DNA of 64,000 nt from Lingula anatina (Eukaryota; Animalia; Brachiopoda), in NCBI GenBank assembly GCA_051362555.1, contig CM120641.1, positions 21,018,001 to 21,082,000 of the forward strand, given 5' to 3'. Below, in pieces: positions 36,106-50,806 of the stretch (position 1 is its first letter; each line of letters begins with the position of its first letter). Position numbers and translations under genes: made by a program. Under the pieces are notes generated by a model. The model saw only the letters and a program-made list of their open reading frames with translations, ran no database searches and was not told the origin of the DNA.

Positions 36106-38788
36106 ATTGGGGGGGTGGGGGGGTGCAAAGAAAAAAAGTCCCCCTCTCTGTCCTGATATTTTGGATTCACTAGCACAATACGCAATCCCCCCCCCCCCCC
36201 CCCAGACACAACTAATAGACAAAGGAAGCCACCCACCTGACCCTTCTTTTAAAATAGGTAGAAAAGGCACATTCAGGGCCCTAGAGGGCAATGTAACATA
36301 TACTACCCAAACATACTGATCAACACTGGAAAATGTCAGAGCCAGAGATTTTTTAATGTGCCCCCCCCCCCCCCCCCCATCAATAATCAGATGCATCAAT
36401 AATTCTAACTTATAAACAACTTGGAATGACAAAGCAGCTAAAGAGACAATGAAATCAGTTACTTGTTACATAGATGCCCAGTCAAACAAGGAAACACAAG
36501 GCAAAATAGGGAATTGAGATATACAGTTATCATATTGGGGTTTAGGGGTTAAAAAGGAGGGTGCATGTACATATTGGGGGGTTCCTACTTGATATCCTGG
36601 ATCCATCTTTCATACCCAATGTCATTCAAGAAACAATTTGGGTGTTAACACTTTCACAGACAGGTGTAAAATACCATAAATGCAGCATACAGGTGTCAAG
36701 GGTATCTACTAGCATCAGCTTTGAAAGAGTAAGAGGAAGCTTTGGAAACGTACATGAAAATCTTGCCTACATGATCCTGTTAAAAAATAAAATGTGCTAC
36801 AGTTTTCATATCTCATTCAAAGGTAAAACACACACAAACACACACACACACACACACTAACCATAAACGCAAGGAGTCAATATCCATGTAGCTATCACCC
36901 CCCCCCCTCCAAAAAAAAAATGTGCACAGAAAAATAAATCAAATTTACTTACTGTGAATTCCTTTTAAATTGTTTTTCCCATTACTTCCTCCTCAATTTG
37001 ACAATAATAAATTAAATGGTGCCTAAAACACCACACAAGTTAATGTATCCATAGATATGTAGAACACACAGCCAATGCCAACAGTAACATCATTTCCAGG
37101 TTTTAGAATTCAAATTACAAAAGGAAGAAAATATAAAAACTTCATCTGTATTGTCTGAAGAATATACGTGCAAGCTAATTGCAGAGCACACATCCCAGTT
37201 CTTTTTTATTATTAGACACTATGATTGTGCATGACAAACAACACGGTTCAAACAGAATTTCTATTCTCATAGGACAATTCCAGGACTTGCGTCAATGAGC
37301 ATCCTCTCGGGAATGCTTTTATCCCAGTCTTAAGTTTCACATATCAGAAGAGAGAGCCTGTTGGATAATTAGGTTCTTTTATGGAATAGACAAATACATA
37401 AACTAAATATAGAGATGTAATTAATCACATTTCATCACGGCAGCTGAGTGCTCCATCCAAAATGTGACACAGTGTACAATTTTCTGTTTGTTTTACGTAC
37501 ACAGATGGTCCATAAAAAAATTGGATTTTTTTCCCCAATATTTCACCAATCAAATTTTCTCTTCTTTACATTAATCTTGTTATCTTCATAACAGGTGCAC
37601 TCAATCAATTAAAAATGATGAGAAAAACAAAACCAATTTGAGTTGTAAGCAAATTACAGGCAAAACATGGAATTTAAACTATATTTACTATTTGCAGTAT
37701 TAATATTAATCAACGTATCTACCAGACAGACGTGCACAAGCCTAAGTAAAAATAACAGAGCTTAGTTTATATTTCTGTCTGCTACTTTGACTTAATGTGG
37801 AAAATCACTATGACAGTCAAGGGGCATTTTTTTTTTTACTTAAGAACATAATAAGTGCTCTTTCAATTAGAAACAACAAGGTGTATAAACTGTATCTTTC
37901 CACCTAAACCATGAATCACATTTTTACTGCTGCATACTTCCGTATGCTTAAGTACATGCATCATCTTTAACTGTTTTTTTTTTCATTCCCTGCATGCTTT
38001 TCTCAGTAAATGTGCCACCTTGCCACATCTTACCCTTCCATCCTATAACGTCTTGTTCTCATCATTATCAAGTTCTCCATTTCTGGACCTAGGTTATGAG
38101 GGAAATCTTGTAGAAACTGTATCAAGTAATGGAACTGCACCACTGGCTTAGGATATTCACTATGAATCCTTGAATTCAAATCAATCTCACTTCAGCTGAT
38201 CTGCACTCCAATAAAATAAATGACATATATGATAATGGTACCATAGCTCTTGAAAAGGTCAATTCTGCAGAGAACTGCCTGCCAATGCTGAGCTGTATGT
38301 ATACCACGTACACTTATGAGAAAATCAAATCAGACGTCATTCATGGAAGGCCTCCTATAATATATTATTACCTGTGATTCTTCAAATATATTCTTCATGA
38401 ATTCATATTTTAATGTGAAGGTATTTGTCATACATAAATCACAACATTTGACACAGATTGTAAATATATAGGTTTATTCTTCTATGATATTTGTTATTAT
38501 TTCTGATTTGACAAAAACATTCCCAATTAATTCAAGTGTTTATTCAAAAATATTTATCATCAACTTATATATCATACACCCCACATACCAAAGTTCATTA
38601 GAAGCTGAACTTATCATCAGCATTTTTATGCCATTCCCAGTAAACTGGGATACACAGGGTTATACGACTTGGTGGGAGATCCACTCCCCTGAAAATCCTT
38701 CTGGGATCTATTTCAAAACTTGTTCCATTATTATTTTAATGCAAAAATATCTATAAATTGTGTAACTTGAGATAAAAATATTGCCTTA

Positions 38789-39002
38789 CACCCCATTTCC
38801 ATAGATTAGATCGACCTACTTTAGATCGACCTAACTCCCTGGGGGTTCACGCTAAATAGCTGTCAGCCGCGCGGACACAAAAGTTAATTACCCCCTTACA
38901 GCTTGTAGTAGGCGGGACGGACTTTAAGTCGGATTATCTGAAATTAATCTAGTGAGACTCTCCGCGGGGATAGATCGATCTAAAATCTATGGAAATAGAG
39001 CC
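38789..39002. mobile_element. PIF/Harbinger-like MITE
   Basis: Imperfect TIRs (atttccatagatt.agatcga / tcgatctaaaatctatggaaat), TTA on both sides; inverted copy at 26455-26651. Confidence 0.85.
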
Positions 39003-40424
39003 TTAGTTACCCAGATGCTATCTTCTTCATTTCATTCAAATGCAAAAATTATGAAATATAAATTGTTTAATTTGAGGTAACATGTCAAAATATTTCTTTA
39101 ATACTATTATTAATACTCTTTAATACTATTTAGTGGCTGTGAATAAAAAAACACTTAATTACTTTGCTGATCACTCTATACTATATGATATGCCATTTTT
39201 ATATCTAAGTCTCTGCGTCATTGTTCAATCAAAACTGTTCAAATAAGAGGTTTTCAAGGAAAATATTTCAAAACCAAACATAAGAAGAGAAGCATGTGTC
39301 TTTGTCCAATTCAAGGATGAAATTTTGTTATAATCAGTCAAGACTTCTTACCTGACCTTTCTGCCAGTCATGTTGGCTTTGAAGTCATGCCTTACCTCTA
39401 CCATCTACACTGTAGCCGCTTTATACTTTGTCCAATATCATCTCAAAATTTGGAATAAGACACCACCAACAGTGCCATGACAACAGTAGGGATGAATTCA
39501 CTTATGCAATGAAAAAATGCATGCTCATGTATGGATTAAGCTACTAACTATGGTTTTAACTATTATCTTCTGGTCCATTTGTCAATAGCAAATATTGGCA
39601 TATTTGACAGTGCAATCATCATCAAAAGTTCATGAAAAGAAAGTAATAATAATGATGATGATGACCTATTCAACAATGCTGACTTGAATAATTTGTGAGA
39701 GTCAATGAACCTAATACATGTCATGTCATCTTATAAAATGCAAAGACATTTTCCTTTTAATATTATCCTTATATATAAGGTCAATTTGTAATCCTGATAG
39801 CTCTCCAAATTGAATTTGACCAAAGTCCTTTCTCAAATTTTTAATTATTTGACAAATAAGCAATTTTTAATTTAGAATGTGAACTCTGGTATTTAAATTT
39901 CAAATGATCAAATATTTAAGCAATGATACTTGTGCTAAATACATAAAAAATCATCTTTCTGGTCAACCACAAAAATTTTGATAAGGGTAAAAAGAAGCTT
40001 CAATCAGCTAAGCAAAGCCATATTGTAAATCAGACTGGCCCCATATATAATCTCTCATGCTTATTATGATTATGTGCATGGAGTTTATAATCGATACGTA
40101 GATGAGGTAAAAAACAGCTAGATGCACATAAGAAGTTTTATCGTGATCAAGAGAAAGCATTACCTCTGACTTGCTTCTTTCATATCTAGAAGAAAACCAA
40201 TTAAAGAAAAATATATTTTGTTAACTATGTTTTGCGTTTGTATCGATTTTAGAGATTTTATATATCATTCAGGCAAGAAAGGAAGATGATTACTGGAAAG
40301 TTTCAACTTTGACATTTAAGGACACTTCCTGTTTTAGCATGAACATATTGAAATAAACAATATTCTTGGACACGAGCTATTGTCATGTAATTAGAAATTT
40401 TTTAAAGTTCTGAACTGAAATTTG

Positions 40425-40425
40425 A

Positions 40426-40460
<35 letters not shown>

Positions 40461-40462
40461 AT
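40425..40462. repeat. (AAAT)n microsatellite
   Basis: Directly visible. Confidence 0.95.
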
Positions 40463-43400
40463 ATGTCTGCTAGGCTACTTTATAATCACTTGCCTAACGT
40501 TAGGAGCACAGAACACGTTATTTGAAGTGAAAATAAGTCTTCTGAAAAGGGACAGCAAATCATGACTAACAAGAGACATAACACCAGGATGTTCAAAAAT
40601 GGGAAGATTTAAACCAACAAAACACACATACACCACACACACATCAACAGTCTGTGTAAATAGATCAGCCTCTAGGTCCACAGTAAATTTATTATTTCAG
40701 ATATTATTTAAAATCATAAAACCATCATTTTGCACTAACAAAATTTGCTTGAAATGTCCAGTTTACAAACAAGAAAGAGAAACTGATGGAGGACAGATGC
40801 TGCAAGATCGCTCAATGGACACAGAGAGGATGCACAAGCATCGCTGTGTTCATAAAAAGGTGGCACAAGCATTGCTTTGGTTGCAGAATCAACACTCAAT
40901 GATCGACCAGTTGTTGGCATGTAAAGTAGTTCTTTTTACTCTCAAACAGAGTCATACTAGGGTATTTTTCACCAGAGACAGGAAATCTTAGGGTAACAGC
41001 TACTAACAGTCTCATAACAACCTCCAATTGGTATTTTCCTAAAATCTGTGGGTAGTACAGGGGACGCACATGGGAGGCAAGCAGGTCGCTCAGAGGACCC
41101 ACAGGTCGCTCGCAGTTTTACAGGTAAAATGTAGATTCCGACATTCAAAGGACACATGAGGGACACAGAAACATTTACGCTGAGACATGATTTAACTGCT
41201 TTTACCACATTTTGATTGTAGAAGGGGCGCAGAAAGGACGCCGTCCAGTGCAAAGGGGGCTTTAGCAAAATAATTGTGATACCTCATACACTGAAGTAAT
41301 AGAATGGACAATGAAGTCATCTTATGAAGGATTATGTTAATGCATGAAAAGGTACAAGATTTCAACAGGATTTTGAATTTGGAGGTCATTTTGGGTCCAC
41401 ACTGCTAAACAATGAGTTGTTTTTAAGTCAATGACTCTGACTGTCTCACAATATGAGGGTTTTTCTTACAGATTTTAAAGAGCATTCAGACCCCCTCCCC
41501 CTGCATTAAAAATGGAAAAAAGAAAGAAGGTTCCATTTGGACATGGTGGACGTGGACGAGGTGGTTCTAAAACCGCACTATTGCTTTCACATCTAAAGAC
41601 ATTGTCTGCTGCTGAATGGAAATGTAGAAACAATGTAAATTATTCATTGATTTCTTTAATCTGATAGATATAACAATAATGACATCGTATTTATATAGAC
41701 TGCTCGTATTATAAGTCCTTCAGTATGACAGGGTCAGTAACAATACTGCAACACTATGCTCTTGAGACTAAGATAACCTAAAAATAGTAGTATGCATGTG
41801 TATCTATAAAAGGTATATCCCCAAATCTTGTAAACAAATATTTTAATAAAAAATTAAGGAAATCCTCTTCGTAAGAGCTAGCATTGCCCATTGCTTATAT
41901 GCTTTCAAGTCTGAAAATTGTGGTTTGGATGTGTGTATGTTTGATTTTACTTGTTTAATTATTTTTTTATCTTTAAGATTAGGGGCACGTTCTGTTTTAC
42001 TACTGAAACTGTGTAAATTACAACAACATGAAAAAATACAATAAGACATTGGAATTATAATCGCAGATGCTGGGAGCTACATACTTAATGGAAACAAATG
42101 AGCTATGCCAGAAAATGTGTTCTCAAATATGTTACACTTGTGTATTACTTTAAAAAATGTGTGTCACTCGGTACAGAAATGCAACACAAATGAACTGCAC
42201 ACATATTGAACAAGCTAAAGTACTTATACGTACCTATTACTGTATTCCCTGGGACCGTACTTGTGGTAAATCGGGTAAGAAGGCCACACAGCAACTATGT
42301 TAACTGCATCACTTGACTTGTAAATGGATTGAAGCTTTTGATAAAAAGCAGAACTTGTATTCCTAAGAAATAAAATACAGGGAATTTTAAGTACTGATTG
42401 GAAACATCAAGTTTAATTTTAAACTGAAAACCATGATGGTTCATTTGAGCATAAAATCTTAAGAAGAATATATCAATCTCTGATTTGTTACATGAGTAGA
42501 CATAAATAATGAAATTTTATTCTAAGGATTTGTATGTCTTCACCTTTTTAAACTTCCTCATTCAAACAAAAGGGTCAAAATTTAATTAATGCAGTAAATA
42601 ACAATCAAAATTCTCATGGTCAAACAGAGGTCCGAGTGATGTCTATTCAATGTCATAATATTTCCTGCTTTTGGACATCACACTGTATGGATGAGTGTTC
42701 ATCCATTATGTTGTAAGACCTCAAAATAAAGGGCCTAGTTTCACATAAGACTTGTTGCCTGAAAATTGGTCTACCTCAGTTCAGGATTAATCCATTGTAC
42801 TCCACTTGGATAAATGAAGTATTGGTTTTAAATATAACTCATATCTTTGTTATTATAAAACAGGCAAAACTTTTTAATTAATTGGGGATACTGATGATTT
42901 AAATAACCTTGGCTAAAAATAGACTAAAAATATTGGTTAAAAAACCTACACGAAACTCTGGGTTAATGTTTTGTTTTTGTGAAACAGACCTCTCGGGTAA
43001 GTAGTTTGAAACCATTTGAACAATTCCAAAAATGTTGATATTTTTCTTGTTCTGTAATAAGTGCATGTGACGTCTTGTAAAAATATGTACATCTCTAACT
43101 CAGATGTATTCTAAATTATTATCAAAATAGACACCACAAGAATTATATAAATTTGAAGTTTAAAACACAAATGTGTGAGTTAAGATGATAAACAAGGCAT
43201 AATTTTGATGAACAAACTCAAAATTTGCCACTTTTCATAATTGTTAATCATCAAATTGGGCATCACACATGCCCCCTAGAGTAGGCACATGCATTTGCGG
43301 TATAATTCTACACTGATTCTACAGAAGTTTAAAAATACTGATCATGATTGACATTTTAAGTTGGCATTTCAACCATGTGTTCAGACGCAATATGCACAAA

Positions 43401-44178
43401 CCCCCGCCACATATTTATGATATACGTATATATCTATTCACATGTATTGTTGCTGCAGTGAAGAGCTAAGATCCTAACATTAATTATCACTGTAACCTTT
43501 TGATGCAGGCCTGTAGCAAGCAATTTTAAAAGAGGGAGGTGTTCTTATATATAGTAGAACATAAGATTTTATTGCAAAACCTGAGACCTAGATCAAACTT
43601 TGATCCACAGCAGAACTCTGTCCACTAAGCCAAAATGGTAGCTATCTGTCTAATTCCACAATCCCCTTTCTAATGTAATGTAAGGGATGTACAATTTCAT
43701 TGTGAAAAAAAAAAAAACAGAATTCCAACTTGTGTCAACTTTACTAGTATCTCTGATGACTTCATGTATTTTAGCTAGTTTCACAAAAGAACTTAACAAG
43801 TCAAAAGTTACTTTAATGGCTTTAAGACCATAAATGTTCATTGACTTTAGATAATTTGGTAATAATTAACTTCAATAAAAATAAGTTCTGCACCTGTTTC
43901 ACAGAAAAAAAAATGGCTAATAGCAATGGCAATAGCTTTTTAGGTGGGATACTACTAATATATACCAGTGTAGCATCTGGTCTTGACTTAGACCTTTAAA
44001 TAGTGGCTCCCTAAATTTTTGCCATCAGATACGGACATTATTTTAAATTTTATTTTTATAATAATGACTTCCTCCCTCTGATACCAACTCTGCAGATAAC
44101 TGTTTGTTATATATTACTTTTTAAAATAAAAACTGCTTAAATTGAGAAACATATTCATATACAATGTTTTGTCATATT

Positions 44179-44389
44179 CAGAAGTGGACCCATGATTATT
44201 TGAAGGGGGGGTCCAGATTTTTTTAAATAGGATATGAAACCGACCTTGGCCTCCTTAGTGAGGGCTTCGTGTTTTGGAGGACAAATGTCTAATTTTAAAA
44301 GGAGAATATTAGTGTGATTTTTTTTTTCAGAAACCGAAGGGGGGGGGGGGGGGCAGTGCCCGCCTGACCCCCCCAAAATTCCGCCACTG
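44179..44389. mobile_element. Degenerate hAT-like MITE
   Basis: Right end ttccgccactg (CAGTGGCGGA-type terminus) with G/C runs; left end cagaagtggaccca is only a weak match. Confidence 0.45.
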
Positions 44390-45469
44390 ATATTTATGCA
44401 ATATTTAAGAAATATGAATCAAGAAAGGCCACAGGCTGGGAGTAGGAGGCAGCTGTTGAAGTCCTACTGGTACAATATATGCAATTTAGTTATTGTTCTG
44501 CTTGTAAGACTCATCAAGACATTGACTGAAGAAAAAGTAAGAATTCTGGAGGACTTGGAGAAAGACAAAGGATTAACAATTTGTAAAAGGGCATATATCT
44601 GTATCTTATGTTTTTTGACATTTCATGCCATTTAACTTTAATGCTTTGCATAATTAAGATAAAGTGTAAATTACCAGTACACCTACGTGCGCTGACAAGT
44701 TATTACTGTGGTAATAAGCACGATTCTTTTTAGAAAAATCAAGACAATACTCAAAGGTATACTCCATGAAATTTACCTGCCAAAATGAATTTTCCCAGGA
44801 AAATAAGCAATTTTCTTGTACGCAAGAATTATTTATTTACATGTATCCCATCTTTTGGATTTACTTATGATAAAATTTATAGAGGTTAATTTAGCCTAAA
44901 ATGACAGGCCAGCCATTATAACTGAGACCATTTTCCTTTAAGGTCCAACATCAGGTTCGCCCCAGAAAAAATATTAAGAGGTTAAATCATTTTTAAGGTG
45001 TATATAAGGTTTTAAAGAAGCTGTGGATGGCAAAAATAAACATTTGGGGGATTTTCAAACCCAGTGTACCTTTAAAGTTTCAAATAGCTAGATCATAACA
45101 CTCTACAAGGCTGACTATAGCAATAGTTCGAATTGCACATTGAACTGTGCGGCACTTATGCAGTATATAAGTGCCAACTGTGCTACTTGCAGCTGCAATG
45201 CTATGATATGATAGCTGCACTGTCACACGAAGCAGACAGCAACAATCACGACCAAAAGTATTTTCACAGTGCAAATTTCCACGTGGACTATGCTCAGTGT
45301 ATTTTCTACAAAATTATGACAAAAATTTAACGTTAGGAAACATTAGTGGTAAGAATGCAAAAGAAATAACGCTTGAACCAACCTGCAATTTTTCGCTGCA
45401 TCCCCCTTCCCCGGTCTTTGAAATGTGCCTCTGTTTACTTTCTTTGAGAGTAACAAGAAAAGCCACCTG

Positions 45470-45812
45470 CTCCGGAAATGTATATCTGCGCATGACCCAA
45501 AATATAAGGCAAGATAAAACATATTTTAACCATTTATGGGATATTTAAAATGCAAACCTCTACGTGCAATCATACATAATATAAAATACAGTATATGCAG
45601 TTGTAAATGTTAGAAATAAATTTTGAATATTGCGTAAAAACATCAATTTATGCCTTGACCTTCCATTAGCCAATCAAATAGCACCTCGTAATTTGGGTCA
45701 GTTTTCAAACGATGTTTTCGTTCCTTACGGCAAGGGGATTTAAATAGCAGGCAAAGGTTTTGGCCAATAAGTTTATTTTTAATAACTTTTTGACTGCTGG
45801 AAGTTTAAAAAA
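45470..45812 (+). promoter_or_regulatory. Putative ARHGAP11 promoter / 5' region
   Basis: CCGGAAAT (ETS-like, 45472), TGCGCATG (NRF1-like, 45487), CCAAT at 45670 and 45764, CHR-like TTCAAA (45704) and TTTAAA (45739). Short motifs only. Confidence 0.45.
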
Positions 45813-45947
45813 ATGAAGCACATAACAAAATTGGACGATTTGGGGAGTTTAAGGTCGATGGCAGTACAGGATTTGAAAGAAAAAGGAGTAAAAGTGCCAA
45901 AACTTCGAAAACGAAGATGCCCTTCAAGTCAAAGTGGGCAAACACAG
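45813..45947 (+). CDS. ARHGAP11A: Rho GTPase-activating protein 11-like, exon 1 of 9 (spliced CDS 4605 nt, 1534 aa)
   Basis: MKHITKLDDLGSLRSMAVQDLKEKGVKV resembles the ARHGAP11 N terminus; CAG|gtaaat donor, phase 0. Confidence 0.85.
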
Positions 45948-46308
45948 GTAAATTGTTTTTTCTGTTATGTTAGTAGTTTTGTTCTAAATGTGCAACGTGA
46001 ATTTGATCAGAACAGAACAATTTTGGTGATATCTGATAACTAAGAATGTCAGTTGATGACCGATTACTTGGGTGCATTCTGGGGGAGTAGTGGGGAGGAA
46101 AGGAAGGGGGAGGTTGCTTCAGTTTGAACTTTTCGACCTTACGTGGTACTAAAACTGCTAAGTAAAATTAGCATGTAAGGCTGGAACCTGAGGGAAAGTG
46201 GGCCGGAGTGAGACAGCATACTTGGCATAACTTAATTTCGCTTGGTTGTTGACACAATGTGCTGAAATATCTTATTCAGAAGTACCCTTTCTATTTCTCT
46301 TTGCTCAT

Positions 46309-46346
<38 letters not shown>
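46309..46346. repeat. (CA)n microsatellite
   Basis: Directly visible. Confidence 0.95.
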
Positions 46347-46349
<3 letters not shown>

Positions 46350-46400
46350 TTTGCGGAATTTTTAATGAAAATTGATATATCTATGACTAATTTTTTTCAG

Positions 46401-46483
46401 GACAAAGGGGATAGATACGTGTTTGGAAACAATCTCTTTAGTATGCCTGGAGTATTTATAGAAGACTGTGGATTTGTACCTAA
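46401..46483 (+). CDS. ARHGAP11A: ARHGAP11-like exon 2
   Basis: tttttcag|DKGDRYVFGNNLFSMPGVFIEDCGFVP(K)|gtaagt; VFG...VP start of the RhoGAP domain. Confidence 0.9.
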
Positions 46484-46731
46484 GTAAGTAAAAATTTGCC
46501 CTGGTGTTTTAAAGTGTCAACAGGTTGGCAGTAAATGGAACAAGATATTGCATAAAATAGGTTTTGAATTTCATAATTTATTTTTTTTTTTAACTTACAA
46601 TTGCATTGCCCAATGTTAACTTTACCCTTTACAGAGCACTTTTCCAAACATTAAAACAAAAAAAATTACCATTTGAAGCTAATTGGGGAACTGATAGATT
46701 TTTGCATTTTCTCTTTTTCTACAATTTTCAG

Positions 46732-46828
46732 GTTCCTTGTAGATGCCTTTACTGTGGTGAAAAACCACATTGACACAGTTGGCATATTTAGGAAAACTGG
46801 ATCTGTTGCAAGACAGAAAGAATTGAAA
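46732..46828 (+). CDS. ARHGAP11A: ARHGAP11-like exon 3 (arginine finger)
   Basis: FLVDAFTVVKNHIDTVGIFRKTGSVARQKELK with canonical splice sites. Confidence 0.93.
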
Positions 46829-48383
46829 GTAAGCTGGATGGAAGTTTGTCTCTTTGATGTTGTTTGATGGGATATTTTGATATCTATCGAAACATCTAGA
46901 ATTTATCATTTTCTCCAAATCAGTATGAGTAACACAGCATGAATCATTAGAAAATTTGAAATTTTATCAAAGTAACTGCCGTCAGGAGTGTTGATGTAAA
47001 AAGATACCATATCAGTAGTATTAAGGTGGTTTATTAGTCATGCTCATAGTCTGTCATTTGGTTGTTATTTGTGGGATTTGAAATGAGCACTAACATGGAG
47101 ATAATTACATGGGAAACTTTTACTAAACTTCATGATTGTAAAAAGTGTAAATCACAGCTGTACCTTTACTTAGTATGTTAATACTGTACCCACAAATAAT
47201 GATTTCAAAAAGAAAAAAAAACAAATGTGACTTGCAATTGTATTCAAACCTAAGATCTACCAACAATTTTCATTGGTCACAAGTTTGTACTGTTCAGCCA
47301 GAAAAGGCACCAGTTTGACCAATATATATGAGAGTCTCTTTGTACAAAATCACTTGTAACATATGGCAATGAATTAACACAGTTTAAAGTCATAATAACT
47401 CTTCGTTTTGGCCAAAAATTGGATTTTCCTGGAGTAAACGGCAATTTTCCCGTACTCACCAATGGTCAGCGACCCCATTCCTGCATTCAAAGTTAATCCA
47501 GGGTTTTTTTCCTAAACGTACGGTTTTTTGTTAAAATCTCTTAAGTGATTTTAACTGACGGAGCCCTCTCTAACATAGCATATCGAGCGGGGTTTTCTGA
47601 TGACCTACTTAAAACCGCGGGAAAAGCAGACAACAACAACACTTTATTGCAATAAAATAAGATTCATACGATATAATCGTCTTAATTGCTCATATTCACA
47701 ACGTGTGCAGTTCTGGGCTTTTCGTTATCCGACACACTGTACAAAAACTCGCAACTTACGTCTGAGGATTGCGTCATGCGCCTGTGTTATTTTGGTCTCG
47801 ACTGCACGCAAGAATCCGCGTGATGCGCCAAAATCCTTGGCAACTAATGCCTTGATGACCAGGAAAAAAGGCACCGAAAGCCCTATTGACAAGCACAGTT
47901 TTTAGTTTTACTACAATAACAGCCGTTTTAGTGGTGAAATGCAATATAATATATTTCCGTGTGTTGTTTAGAATGTATTTCTTGCGGAATTTTGAATCTC
48001 AAAGGAAGAGTTATTATTGCTTTAACTGTTTTATTACTTCCCTGGCCAGTGTGTTCTTACTGTAGATGGAAAAAAAGGAAATGGTAGAGACAGGCTTGCA
48101 TTTTAAAATGTTTGCTATGAAAAGTTAATAAGATGTTTTTATAGTATATAGACATGTGTACAGCACATATAACACTTGTAACTAATTAGTACACAAATGT
48201 GTTTGTACAGTAATACTTTTGTGTTTTTAAATCATTTATGAAGATGAAAGTGTAAGGCTCACATTTGAAAATCTCATTTGATGTGTCATTAAAGATGACT
48301 ATTTAGGAATTGCATTATGCAGGAAGGTTTATTTTTTCTGCTTGCTTCTTTTGACTTAAATAACAATTTATTTTCAAATTCAG

Positions 48384-48948
48384 CACAATTTAGATAATGG
48401 AGGAGACCTAGACGTAGAGTCATCAAATGTGTTTGATGTGACAAGTCTGATAAAGCAGTTTTTCCGAGAGCTCCCAGATTCTCTGTTAACAACAAGACTG
48501 CATGACGTCTTCATCAAATGCCACCAGCTGCAGGAGTCTGACTCAAGGCTTAAACACATCCAACTGATGTGCTTGTTGCTTCCACTCGAAAATCTAAGCA
48601 CTCTGAAGTTCACGATGCAGTGCTGTGCAGAAATTGCCAGCCATAGTGAGAACAACAAGATGAACGTATCAAATCTAGCTGTTGTCTTAACACCAAACCT
48701 CATCCATACTAACAGCAAGTCAGAGAAAATGACCCAAGTGGAAGGGCAGCTGTTGGCAGCACAGACGTCCATCATTGAGCTCCTGATAGAACACAGTGCT
48801 GACATAGGCATGGTGGATGAAAGTTTACAAGAGCGTTCCCACATGATGAGTACATGTTTTGCCTCTGAGGATGAATTGGACCGAAGTTGTGATGAGTCTG
48901 AAGAGCCCAAGTCCAAGAAAAAGAAGAGAAGAAGTGGCTCATTGCAAG
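48384..48948 (+). CDS. ARHGAP11A: ARHGAP11-like exon 4 (RhoGAP core)
   Basis: DVTSLIKQFFRELPDSLL, NKMNVSNLAVVLTPNL, KKKRRSGSLQ; cag acceptor and G|gttggt donor. Confidence 0.95.
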
Positions 48949-49155
48949 GTTGGTAATTTTGAGAGTGTGGTTTGTTATCAGTTAATTTGTATATTTTCAA
49001 GTGTCTGATATAAACCAGCTGTATGTTTTTTTTTTTTTTTTCCCATGATTTTGCACATTTTAATACTTAAATGAGGAATCATGTATTGCCTTTCAGCTGT
49101 TTACTTTTCACATGAAATATTTTATTTTTGTTATTTTCTTGCTTTTCTGTAATAG

Positions 49156-49393
49156 GTATTGTGTCAGGCATTAGCAACACAATCTCTAAATGGTCAAAAC
49201 GTGGTGGCATCAAGGGAGCATCAAGCAATCAAAGTTTGGTGTCTTCGTCCTCTGCTGACATGGAGGACTCTTCTGTTGCTGTGGATGTTGGTGATGCTGC
49301 TGGCATTTCTATAGGGATAATGGACGCCACGCCTATAGTGGTCAGGAAGCGAAAAGCCTCAGATGAAGGGGTGCCATTTTCTGCCACTAAAAG
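49156..49393 (+). CDS. ARHGAP11A: ARHGAP11-like exon 5
   Basis: tag|GIVSGISNTISKW...RKRKASDEGVPFSATK(R)|gtaatg; phase 1 to phase 2, consistent with neighbours. Confidence 0.88.
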
Positions 49394-49602
49394 GTAATGA
49401 AATGATGTCTAGACAGTTTTTCCCCCCATTGATATCAAAGAAAAGCAAGTAGGATAATATTTGAATTGATTATAATGATCAAGTAAAGATTGCACTGTAA
49501 AATCATTGTCAGTTTTAATAATAATCAACTTTTCCTCATATTCCTAAGGGTCATAGTGTCTACAGTGTTAGATTATATTTTTGCACTCTCTAATTTCCCC
49601 AG

Positions 49603-49682
49603 GAAAGCCATTTTGCAGCAGATGTCCAACTTTAACAAGACCCCTTTTACCCCAGCCTCAACAACAAAACCTAGGCTGCCAG
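49603..49682 (+). CDS. ARHGAP11A: ARHGAP11-like exon 6
   Basis: ccccag|(R)KAILQQMSNFNKTPFTPASTTKPRLP|gtatgc; phase-consistent. Confidence 0.82.
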
Positions 49683-50186
49683 GTATGCTGTTGCTTGTTC
49701 ATTCCTGCAGTGCATTTCTTTTCAAATGAAAGTAGACTAGATCTAATATTTTATATTATAATCCTCTTTGTGTTGTGTTACCTTGTAATATTACAGGTAT
49801 CTATTTTTGTTGCAGTGCCTCTGAATATTTACCTTAAATGGATTTTTTTAAAATTGATTCATTTACAGTTTTAAATCATTAGGTAAACAAAAGTATTATT
49901 CTAAAACTTTTTAAATTGTCTCTCTGGTAGGATTCATTTTTTGCCTCTCAAGTTAATTTTTTTTTTACTGAAACTGGTTTGTCTATTTGTTTTTAACATT
50001 AAAATGGACTTTTGATTAAATTTTCATTAAAGGCAGTTATTCAGAAAAGAAAGAAGGTATAAAAATTTTAACTCATTTCGGGTTTTCTAATATTTTAAAA
50101 AAATTTTTGTTTCACTATCCTTGTCCATAGTTGCCTTTTTCCATGGTGGAGGTCAGTACTGTTATAGTGCTCTCTTCCCCTTGTAA

Positions 50187-50371
50187 GAACATATTCAGAA
50201 CAGTGGACTAACAGATCTGCAGATCAAATTTAGTGATCTACTAAACAGCTTGCCCCTTAATTCCTTATTAGACACTGAACATATTCTCCGCGGGGATTAT
50301 GCAACACGCATTTAAGTGAGTCGGCCATATTTGACCCGCAGATCTGTTAGTCCGCTGTTATGAATGCGCTC
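50187..50371. mobile_element. Harbinger-like MITE in ARHGAP11 intron 6
   Basis: TIRs gaacatattcagaacagtggactaacagatctgc / gcagatctgttagtccgctgttatgaatgcgctc, flanked by TAA and TTA. Confidence 0.8.
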
Positions 50372-50400
50372 TTATAATTTGATGACTATTCCCTTTTCAG

Positions 50401-50539
50401 TGAACCGTAATGTTGTCCTGGGGACACCGTCTATCAATTTCACTGAGAGCAGCAATTCCCCTATTAGTTTCACTGCCACTCCTAAGAAGAAGCACACTAG
50501 ACTTTTCAGTAGCCCAGGGAGTCTATCAAGAAAAAAGAG
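50401..50539 (+). CDS. ARHGAP11A: ARHGAP11-like exon 7
   Basis: cttttcag|(V)NRNVVLGTPSINF...SRKK(R)|gtatgg; phase-consistent. Confidence 0.83.
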
Positions 50540-50644
50540 GTATGGATAAAATATCTGAAGATAAAATCACAATCAGGAGATGGTTTTTAGTCAGATGTGG
50601 ACTCTATTTTATTTAGTATTTAGTGATCTTTTAGTGATTCAAAA

Positions 50645-50762
<118 letters not shown>

Positions 50763-50806
50763 TATAGTTCTTCATTGACAAAAAGCATGGTAAATATTGT
50801 TTTTAG

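Noticed and set aside
39347-39455. Candidate minus-strand 5' UTR exon of RasGRP (CAG|gtaag donor)
   Set aside because: Splice-like motifs are common in AT-rich DNA; unsupported without transcript data.
40760-41265. GC-richer stretch ending in ccagtgcaaagggggcttta (Harbinger-like terminus) with several short ORFs
   Set aside because: Only one terminus seen and no protein motif; probable TE fragment with unsupported boundaries.
47440-48050. CpG-rich island in ARHGAP11 intron 3
   Set aside because: Probably a TE fragment; no TIR pair, RNA-gene structure or convincing ORF identified.
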